Positions 48,668-56,104 of a DNA stretch of 64,000 nucleotides are shown one piece after another; the stretch's first letter is position 1, and each line of letters opens with the position of its first letter. Source of the DNA: Oligoflexus sp. (GTDB lineage Bacteria; Bdellovibrionota_B; Oligoflexia; Oligoflexales; Oligoflexaceae); contig JACMOC010000083.1 in NCBI GenBank assembly GCA_014378195.1, forward strand, positions 68,149-132,148. The letters are read 5' to 3'. The translations under genes were made by a program, and so were the position numbers. The notes beneath the pieces were generated by a model. It ran no database searches. It was not told the DNA's origin and saw only the letters and a list, made by a program, of their open reading frames with translations.

Positions 48668-49096
48668 GTGAGTAAAGTTCTGCTTTTTATACCTCAGACA
48701 GATCTTGCTGATAATGAATGCTGGCAAAGTATTCGTCAGTGGATGAAAGTTGCGGGTCTGACCTGGGATAAAGTACGCTGCACACCTGCAAGCATCTACG
48801 AGACCTCAGTGAAGCAGAATGAAGTAAAAGCCGCTCTCAATTTGTTGAGACAGGGTAGTTTTGAAAAAGTTGTCTTTGCGAAGTTGCCGGCAAATTACGA
48901 AACAAATCTGGATTGGTTGATGTTTGCCATCAGCTGCCAGACGCAAAAAGTAAAGCTGGAAACTCTCGAAGGCGAGTTGACACTGCCCCCCAGTGCTCAA
49001 AAGCTTGCTGCCCATTATAGTTCGATGTCTAAAAAAGCAGCTCAGACTCAGACTCAGACTCAAACACCGGCATCGGCTAAAAGCCAAAGTTTATAA
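48668..49096 (+). CDS. Hypothetical protein, degenerate serine-recombinase (resolvase) catalytic fold
   Basis: Hydrophobic pattern follows the resolvase N-terminal domain but lacks YxRxS and DRLxR; co-oriented with recA ahead of a shared terminator. Confidence 0.6.
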   Translation: MSKVLLFIPQTDLADNECWQSIRQWMKVAGLTWDKVRCTPASIYETSVKQNEVKAALNLLRQGSFEKVVFAKLPANYETNLDWLMFAISCQTQKVKLETLEGELTLPPSAQKLAAHYSSMSKKAAQTQTQTQTPASAKSQSL

Positions 49097-49113
49097 TCTT
49101 CCAAAGTTTGATA

Positions 49114-49150
49114 GCGGTCTCACTCAGAAATGAGAGAGGCCGCCTTTTTT
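49114..49150 (+). terminator. Terminator of the recA operon
   Basis: GCGGTCTCACTCA-GAAA-TGAGAGAGGCCGC followed by a T tract. Confidence 0.8.
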
Positions 49151-49435
49151 ATCCCCGATAAAATATGTCCCAAACTGCCGCTTATGAAACCCTGTAATAC
49201 ACAGCTTTATCTATAAAGACACACCTGTAATATGATATGGAAATCTTGTCATAAAGAAAAATTTTTATGAAAAAACGTTCTTTAAAATTTGCAAAATAGC
49301 AAGGCACGTTCGAGGAACTACCCATGTAATGCCCGTCAAACCTAGTAAGTCAAAAGTTTAGCAATACGAAATTGAACTGGCCGGCCGACCAACTATTATG
49401 GCTGTAGTACAAAATACTTATGAGGAATTGAGAAG

Positions 49436-50326
49436 ATGCTAAACCTTACTCGTTCAGTTCTTGCGGTCATGACTTTAGCTCTTGGCGGAAGTGCAGCTTA
49501 CGCGGACTTTTTACCGCCTAACCATCTCGATCGCCAAGATAACATGCGGACTAAACGCGCCGGTACAATGTCTCAGGCGACCTTCAACGCAGTTATCGAT
49601 GAGGCTGTTGCCTACTACGGTCCGTATCTTAAAACGAACTTTGGATCTACATTTGTTGTAAACCGCAAATGGACGGACAGCACCGTTAACGCCAATGCGA
49701 CTCAATTCCTCAGCACTTGGACAGTTAATATGTACGGCGGCCTCGCTCGTCGTCCGGAAACAACGCGTGACGGATTTGCACTCGTACTATGTCATGAAAT
49801 TGGTCACCACCTCGGTGGTTATCCTTTTGTATCCTCGTGGGCTGCCGACGAAGGCCAAGCCGATTATTTCGCAACTTTGAGCTGTGCTCATGATCTCTGG
49901 AAAGATCAAACGGCAACAAACGCACTGTCGCGGAATATTATACAGGAATATCCTAAGTCGCTCTGTGACGCTGCTTGGACAAACGAAGCTGACCAAAACC
50001 TTTGCTACCGAACTATGCTTGGCGGCAAATCTTTGGCCAACCTCCTCTCCGCGCTGGGCGGCACAGTTGCTCAATACGAAACGCCTGATGCATCGATCGT
50101 TCCTAGAACCAATCACGCTCACCCCGAAGGCCAATGCCGCCTTGATACCTACATAGCAGGCGCGCTTTGTCCTCAGCAATTTGATGCCAGCGTCATCCCG
50201 GGCAAGGATTTCGGCTCAAAACGTAATTCAGCCTCTGCGGAAACAGCGTCAGGCAAATATACTTGCCTCCAGCAAGACTTCAACACAGGTTCACGTCCTC
50301 TCTGCTGGTTCAAGCCACTCCTTTAA
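49436..50326 (+). CDS. Secreted Cys-rich zinc metalloprotease
   Basis: Signal peptide AYA; VNANA, GGLAR, CHEIGHH, EGQADYFA, HP...CRLDT. Confidence 0.8.
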   Translation: MLNLTRSVLAVMTLALGGSAAYADFLPPNHLDRQDNMRTKRAGTMSQATFNAVIDEAVAYYGPYLKTNFGSTFVVNRKWTDSTVNANATQFLSTWTVNMYGGLARRPETTRDGFALVLCHEIGHHLGGYPFVSSWAADEGQADYFATLSCAHDLWKDQTATNALSRNIIQEYPKSLCDAAWTNEADQNLCYRTMLGGKSLANLLSALGGTVAQYETPDASIVPRTNHAHPEGQCRLDTYIAGALCPQQFDASVIPGKDFGSKRNSASAETASGKYTCLQQDFNTGSRPLCWFKPLL

Positions 50327-50350
50327 TTCAATCCTAGACTAGACGAAGAT

Positions 50351-50387
50351 AAAGACGAGGAGCCTTCGGGCTTTCTCGTCTTTTTTT
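50351..50387 (+). terminator. Rho-independent terminator
   Basis: AAAGACGAGGAGCC-TTCG-GGCTTTCTCGTCTTTTTTT. Confidence 0.85.
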
Positions 50388-50456
50388 GCCTCTATGCTTC
50401 TCTACTTATTCAAAAAGGTGTTTAGCTTTTTTGCCTCAATCGTAGTTCAGTCCTTA

Positions 50457-50483
50457 TAAAGCCCTCTAAACGTTAGCCGAAAT
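50457..50483 (+). promoter_or_regulatory. Putative sigma-28 promoter
   Basis: TAAAGCCC-N11-GCCGAAAT. Confidence 0.6.
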
Positions 50484-50599
50484 TTGAATCCCCCTCATTC
50501 GCGACCCATAATTATTTACGTGTGCCTATGGAAGTGTTGACAAGGCCTTGTGGTGACTGCTACGAACCAGGAACAGCAATCACCACAAGGCATACGCCG

Positions 50600-52348
50600 A
50601 TGAAAAAGACCGAAGGCCTCAGCCGCTATTCGTTAGGTTTGCTTGTATTCATTTTTTCACTCATCCTGTTCTATTTTACTTTTTCGTTGATTTCGCACGA
50701 TAAAAAACTAGCAGCCCCAAAGCCAGGGAGCGGCCTAACCACAAATTCTTTTTATAACTGGCGTTACCGCTCGGAGGCAGACTATCAAGGGAGCGAGGGC
50801 TCTCACATCCACGTCCTCTGTGCTGCGAGCGGGCAGTGGGAGCTTTCGCCCAGCGATGGGCTAAGTCGCCTTCAAATTGATACGTTTCGATGCAATGATC
50901 AAAACCTCGCTGAGGATGCAGCTTTTCACTTTGTCTTAAGAGATTTCACTGACGCTTCCCAGGCCGCAATCATTCGCATGTCTTCATCCCCAATCAATGC
51001 CCTCACGCTTGCCCTGGTTCGTGAGTTCGACTTTGGCGTCTCACCAGATCGAGATGAAATGAGAGTATGGAATCACGAAGAAAAGCGGCTCGATGGAGTT
51101 GTCTCAACCTTGGTAAAGGTTACCGACGATCGACCTTTCCGGTGGACCAAAACCTTTGACGGTGCATTACCATCACCTCCTTCTATCAGACACTTACTTA
51201 CGACCGAAACACATGGCCGCAGTGAAACAGTTCGCGATCTCCCCGACCTGATCGAACTCAGTAATAAAACCTTGGAAGAAATAACGACGAACGGGCAACA
51301 GATCGCGCGCGTCAGGATCGGCATCGAGATAAATCGGAAGCTTCAAAAGACGCTTTTAGCTCAAGGTCTGAGCTTACCTTTGGCATCGCCAACAGCCGAT
51401 CTTGAAATGACGCGAACAAAATTATGGAAGGAATGGATACAGTTCACTTCGAGCGGTCTCACTTCTGCAGTCCGCGTGAAAGCAGGCTCTGATGCCCTTT
51501 ATGTACAACTCAAGTTGGCCTTTCGTTCCGATCCCAAATTTGCGATCGAGTTTCGGCATGTTCTTGAGCAGTTCTCTCCCGCATCTGAAGAATTCAAACT
51601 CTTGCTCGGTGCGCTCGCCTACGCCGGGAACGGGACCGCAACCGATGTGTTGGTTGAATCAGCTATGGCCCATGCTGTCGACGAAAGTTGGCAGACGACT
51701 GTCACGCCAACTCTTGGACTCGCCACGCAACCAACCGAAAATGCGTGGCTTTACCTTGATAAAATAAGGCTTACTTCGAGCGATAAAGACCTGAGAAAAG
51801 CGGCGGAACTTGCAATGGCAAGCGAATATCATAAGGGGCTTCGCACAGAGGCGACCGAAAAGTTTGTGAAAGCTGTTTTAGCGCGTGACTCTTCTGATCC
51901 CGTATCCATCAGGAGTAAGCTCGACCTCATTGGCAATGCAGGACTGGAGAGCGAACTCCCACGTGTCGAACTTTGGGCAAAACATCAGGATGCCGGTATA
52001 CGTGGTGCTGCGGCCGAGTCCTTGCGATTGATGAAAAGTCCGGAAAGTGAGGCGCTCCTCTTGCAGTTCCTGAATGACACTGATATTGAAGTCAGAAGAA
52101 CAGCAGCCCAATCGTTACAGACCAAATCCATGAGTGCTCGCGCGATTCCGATCGCCTTGCAAATGCTAATACATCGTGAAAACCAGGACGAGCTCATTCA
52201 AGCCTCTCTAATTGAGGCGCTTTTTGAAGCCCGCTCGTTAGACCCACAGTTGCTCGAGAAAATGCGCAACATTCGCAGTTCGATCCAGGAAACTTTGAGT
52301 CCAGCCATTGCCGAGCGTTGGGCCAGTCTTGAAAAAGACTGGCGCTGA
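50600..52348 (+). CDS. Membrane-anchored HEAT/alpha-solenoid protein resembling the vitellogenin/MTP N-terminal lipid-transport region
   Basis: N-terminal TM, beta-rich region, then LLGALAYAG, LGLATQPT, AELAM, LDLIGNAG, IRGAAAESLR helical repeats. Confidence 0.65.
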   Translation: MKKTEGLSRYSLGLLVFIFSLILFYFTFSLISHDKKLAAPKPGSGLTTNSFYNWRYRSEADYQGSEGSHIHVLCAASGQWELSPSDGLSRLQIDTFRCNDQNLAEDAAFHFVLRDFTDASQAAIIRMSSSPINALTLALVREFDFGVSPDRDEMRVWNHEEKRLDGVVSTLVKVTDDRPFRWTKTFDGALPSPPSIRHLLTTETHGRSETVRDLPDLIELSNKTLEEITTNGQQIARVRIGIEINRKLQKTLLAQGLSLPLASPTADLEMTRTKLWKEWIQFTSSGLTSAVRVKAGSDALYVQLKLAFRSDPKFAIEFRHVLEQFSPASEEFKLLLGALAYAGNGTATDVLVESAMAHAVDESWQTTVTPTLGLATQPTENAWLYLDKIRLTSSDKDLRKAAELAMASEYHKGLRTEATEKFVKAVLARDSSDPVSIRSKLDLIGNAGLESELPRVELWAKHQDAGIRGAAAESLRLMKSPESEALLLQFLNDTDIEVRRTAAQSLQTKSMSARAIPIALQMLIHRENQDELIQASLIEALFEARSLDPQLLEKMRNIRSSIQETLSPAIAERWASLEKDWR

Positions 52349-52409
52349 GGCGCCGTTTAAAATGCGATGATCCGTTCAATTGTGAACGTGATTTATACGA
52401 GGAACTTTT

Positions 52410-53291
52410 ATGAAAAACTGGAAAGTTCTGTTTGGTGTGGGTATGCCTACTGCGATTATTTTCGCAGGATTTGTGGTCTCTGCCCAGGCTGAGGCCGCCG
52501 ATCGATGCAAAGCCTGGTCCTGGTCAAAAGGTGAGCGAGTCAAAGCACAGTTTGGTCTTGCGTCCCAACTGTGTGTGAACGCCATTCGCCCTGAATCTGA
52601 CGTTGTTTCGTCGGTAAAGGCCGTCGCCGGTGCAACAGGTTACCTTCTCAATGTCGGGATTCCGCTTCTCACCAGTCAAGCCACCCTCAGTTCGCCACAG
52701 GCTGATAGCGTTGATGCCTCGGGGTCACTTCTTATCTTGGGGCAGAAGGTTTGGAGTCCCTCCATTTCCCAGAAAATGCCTTTTTATGAAAAATCCTTCT
52801 CCGTGCCTGCCCTAGACAAAGAGCTGCCCTATTCCGTCGCTCTCGGTCCAGTCACAGTGAATCTCCAAGCCGGAATTCGCGGTGAAGCTGGCATTGATAT
52901 CAAAGCCACGGCAGGCCTCGCGCAGCTTACTGCTTCGCTCAGGCCCCATTTTGATACCAGTGCTTATGCACTCGTCCAAGCCGATGTTGTTATCGTCAAA
53001 GCAGGCATACAGGGCGACCTGACCTTTGCCAAAGGTGAGGGAAAACTTGAGGGGTCAACGCAATTGGTGAGTCGCGATACAGGTGTATTTTTAACGGGTG
53101 GAGTCAAAGCCACCTACGATATCAACCTACTTCGCGGATCGGTCAAAGTTTTTGCGGATCCGTTCGAAGTGGCTTTGGGCGACGCAAACACGGCCCATGC
53201 ATGGGAGGCTGTTTTGTATGCATACGATGGTTTTACTTACCGAGGCACTGCGTTTGAATATAATATTCCCAATGTTTTAGTCTCAAATTAA
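52410..53291 (+). CDS. Secreted beta-rich protein
   Basis: SD GAGG; signal peptide AQA; long run of amphipathic beta-strands. Confidence 0.7.
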   Translation: MKNWKVLFGVGMPTAIIFAGFVVSAQAEAADRCKAWSWSKGERVKAQFGLASQLCVNAIRPESDVVSSVKAVAGATGYLLNVGIPLLTSQATLSSPQADSVDASGSLLILGQKVWSPSISQKMPFYEKSFSVPALDKELPYSVALGPVTVNLQAGIRGEAGIDIKATAGLAQLTASLRPHFDTSAYALVQADVVIVKAGIQGDLTFAKGEGKLEGSTQLVSRDTGVFLTGGVKATYDINLLRGSVKVFADPFEVALGDANTAHAWEAVLYAYDGFTYRGTAFEYNIPNVLVSN

Positions 53292-53319
53292 AGCTTTGAA
53301 ACGCTATCGATAAGTTTTC

Positions 53320-54195
53320 TCACAGCTGGCCCAGACTGCTCTCCCGAGCATGCTGGGCTTTTTTTACTTCATCCTCGTAACGCCTGATCGTCAAAAGATA
53401 AAACATTCGTAATACAAAAATAGGAACCATCAGCTGAATGGTGGCTTCCTTCACGGACACGCCGCCGTCTTTAAAGAAATAATGCCCGGCCGTACCGAGG
53501 ACACCGGACGAAAAAAAGAGGGCAAGCCAGTAAGGGTTCCTGGTGATCAACGCAAGGAATGGACTGCCAAAAAAGAAGAGCATCGATACAAAGTGAAACC
53601 AAAAATTACCGGATTTGGTATGACGTAAAACGAAACGGTTCCAATCGGATAGCCGATTCGTTGTTGGGTATTCAGAACTGGGTTTGTCGCTCGGTATAAA
53701 AGCGCTTTGGCTCTCTAGCCTAAGCAGGATTTGCGATGTAAGTATAAAACCGATCAGCGGATCGAGTGTTTGAAAGATTTGGGAACTAGTGGGGATATGT
53801 TTCCAAGCGACGAGCGCAAGCCTCACTGGAACCGGCGCAAAAACACCACTCGCATCAAGTTCTTCCAAGCTTAGATAATCGCTGAGGAAGGTGTTCCCGA
53901 GAGGACAATTGAGGCGATCACGCCAACAGATTGCAAGGCTCGAGCCGTCGAGAGGTTTGAAGCTTTCCCCTCTATCCGGGCGGCACTGTTTGTGAATAAA
54001 AAGTCTAAGCCACCTTGGGTGTGTCTTGAATCCGTCGAAAGGCGCTTTGAGTACCCAGATCTGTGCGTGGAGTGACTGAGTAAAAGTCTCAGGAATTGGG
54101 CTCATATTGGGAATGGAGACGCGCTCCGACTCGCCTCGGAGGTAGCTTGCTAAATAGGTCGCGGATTTTTGAAGGCCGACGCTATCTTTGCTCAT
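53320..54195 (-). CDS. Protein with C-terminal DUF962/Mpo1-like membrane domain
   Basis: F...H....N...H followed by TM segments and GH.FF. Confidence 0.55.
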   Translation of the reverse strand: MSKDSVGLQKSATYLASYLRGESERVSIPNMSPIPETFTQSLHAQIWVLKAPFDGFKTHPRWLRLFIHKQCRPDRGESFKPLDGSSLAICWRDRLNCPLGNTFLSDYLSLEELDASGVFAPVPVRLALVAWKHIPTSSQIFQTLDPLIGFILTSQILLRLESQSAFIPSDKPSSEYPTTNRLSDWNRFVLRHTKSGNFWFHFVSMLFFFGSPFLALITRNPYWLALFFSSGVLGTAGHYFFKDGGVSVKEATIQLMVPIFVLRMFYLLTIRRYEDEVKKAQHARESSLGQL

Positions 54196-54362
54196 AATTT
54201 TGATTTATCCCTCTGAGAGCGCGTCTGTAGGACAATATCAGACCCCTGCGCAGTAAAACTAGCGCATTTTCCCATCGGCATGATAAAGATTGCGCGAAAG
54301 TGCTCTTTTGCCGGGCGTTATACATTGTGGGTTAAATTCCGGTTAAATAGGATAAGTCAACG

Positions 54363-55235
54363 ATGGTTGCAGAAGTTCATTCAAGATCATGGCGCCAGTT
54401 TAAAGAAACCTTGAGCCTGCTGACCTTAGCATTACGCCTAAAACGTTCACGCGCTGATCTCGTGTACAAGATGCTGGGCACCCATAATAACCTTGCCGAA
54501 GAAAGTCTTTTCCTTAACCTCGGTTATTGGGAACACGCAACAACTTACGATGGTGCCTGTACCGCGTTGGCTAGGGAACTTGCTAAAGATGCTCATGTCA
54601 AAGACGGCCAGGCAGTATTGGATGCAGGCTGTGGATTCGGCGAGGCATCGGCATTCTGGAGTGATACGTATAAGCTTTCACGCCTCGTTGCGCTTAACAT
54701 AACAGAGTCTCAAATCGAAGTCGGACGAAAACGCTGGGCAGACAAAAAAGTGGAATTTGTGCTTGGTTCTGCCCTTGATATGCCTTTTGAATCGGCTTCC
54801 TTCGACACTATCCTGGCGTTGGAATCGTCGTTTCACTTTCCTGATCGGGTGCAGTTTTTTCGAGAAGCCCTCCGTATTCTGAAGCCTGGCGGTACACTCG
54901 CGATTGCTGATTTTTTTCCTTTGGACGTTAAAATAACCATAAAACAACGTTTCAAAGAATGGCTCGGCCGTGGCTTTTGGCAAATTCCCCAGGCCAACTG
55001 GATAGGACTCCAGAAGGTTCAGGACCAGCTAAAGGCCATTGGTTTTAAACACGTGTCGCTTCGCGATGTTTCGCCTTTTGTTTTTAAACCCTTCAAGATT
55101 TTCGCGAAAGACCGTATAAAAGATCCAAAGGTTTCGCAGCGGCTCCATCCTCTTTTAGCCAAGGCTTGGGGTGGTGCGCATAGCGGCCTCGAACGTTCTC
55201 AATATGTTGTTTTGATTGTAAAAAAACAGAACTGA
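54363..55235 (+). CDS. Class I SAM-dependent methyltransferase (EryG/sterol-methyltransferase-like)
   Basis: FLNLGYW, VLDAGCGFG, MPF...SFD, LESSFHF, LKPGG. Confidence 0.9.
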   Translation: MVAEVHSRSWRQFKETLSLLTLALRLKRSRADLVYKMLGTHNNLAEESLFLNLGYWEHATTYDGACTALARELAKDAHVKDGQAVLDAGCGFGEASAFWSDTYKLSRLVALNITESQIEVGRKRWADKKVEFVLGSALDMPFESASFDTILALESSFHFPDRVQFFREALRILKPGGTLAIADFFPLDVKITIKQRFKEWLGRGFWQIPQANWIGLQKVQDQLKAIGFKHVSLRDVSPFVFKPFKIFAKDRIKDPKVSQRLHPLLAKAWGGAHSGLERSQYVVLIVKKQN

Positions 55236-55248
55236 ACTGTAAGGTAAA

Positions 55249-56019
55249 GTGAAAAAGCGACGCATAATTTTTTCTATTAATATTCTTTTATACGTGATTC
55301 TCGCCACGTATAGAGCGTCTGCATTTGCGGAGACAGTCCATATTTGTGCCGTGAAATGGCCTCCCTTTGTCGACTTGAACGATAGCAATGTGACGACTGG
55401 ACTGACAGTCGACATTCTCCGCGAAGCATTTCGTCGCAAGGGTTATACGCTCGTAATGGAAATGAGACCATTCGCCCGCTGTCTCAAGGAAGTGAAAAGC
55501 GGCCTTTTTGATGGCATGTCTGATGTCGTGCCACGGCCGGGGTATTTGAGCTCGACATTACCCGTAAGTGTGTGGACAAACGCTATTTGGGTGCGAGACG
55601 ATTCCTTGCAGCGATCGTTTGAAGGACTCGCTTCATTTAAGGGCAAAACTGTCGGTTTTGTAAAAGGTTATACTTACGCTCCGAAGGTGCAGACATACGA
55701 CGGTTGGTTTCGGGACTGGGCGAAAACCGATGAAATGAACATCAATAAACTTGCCAAAGGTCGCGTTGACTTCATAGTTGGCGACATTATCAGTACGCAG
55801 CATTATTTGAGCATTACGCCACATAAGATACATGTTCTTGAGCCTCCTATCGAAAGTCAGCGAGAATATGTTCTCTTTAATGTATCTCGAACATTCTTGC
55901 TGAAAGACTTTAATGAGGGCTTAAAATCTGTCATGGATGATGGAACTGCCGACTATTTCTATATGAAAAAGCTGAATATCAATTTCTCGCATATTTTGCG
56001 GTCAGCAGCTGGTCGTTGA
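55249..56019 (+). CDS. Orphan periplasmic substrate-binding protein (family 3)
   Basis: Signal peptide AFA; WPPF, G..VDI, PFARC, KGKTVG..KGYTY, L.KGRVD, FN.GL.....DGT. Confidence 0.85.
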   Translation: MKKRRIIFSINILLYVILATYRASAFAETVHICAVKWPPFVDLNDSNVTTGLTVDILREAFRRKGYTLVMEMRPFARCLKEVKSGLFDGMSDVVPRPGYLSSTLPVSVWTNAIWVRDDSLQRSFEGLASFKGKTVGFVKGYTYAPKVQTYDGWFRDWAKTDEMNINKLAKGRVDFIVGDIISTQHYLSITPHKIHVLEPPIESQREYVLFNVSRTFLLKDFNEGLKSVMDDGTADYFYMKKLNINFSHILRSAAGR

Positions 56020-56030
56020 CTCTTTGCCTC

Positions 56031-56076
56031 AACACCCCCCCAAAAGTCTTCGCCGATTTTTGGGGGGTTTGTTTTT
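56031..56076 (+). terminator. Putative terminator hairpin
   Basis: CCCCCCCAAAA...TTTTGGGGGG followed by a T-rich tail, between convergent genes. Confidence 0.55.
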
Positions 56077-56104
56077 AGGTGATTCAGGTCATGCGTGGCC
56101 TAGG

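Noticed and set aside
49041-49064. CTCAGA hexamer repeat (QTQTQT) as a phase-variation tract
   Set aside because: In-frame, short and in a disordered tail
49365-49391. Sigma-28 promoter before the metalloprotease (also candidates near 15682 and 54275)
   Set aside because: GCCGA is present but the -35 element at the correct spacing is poor
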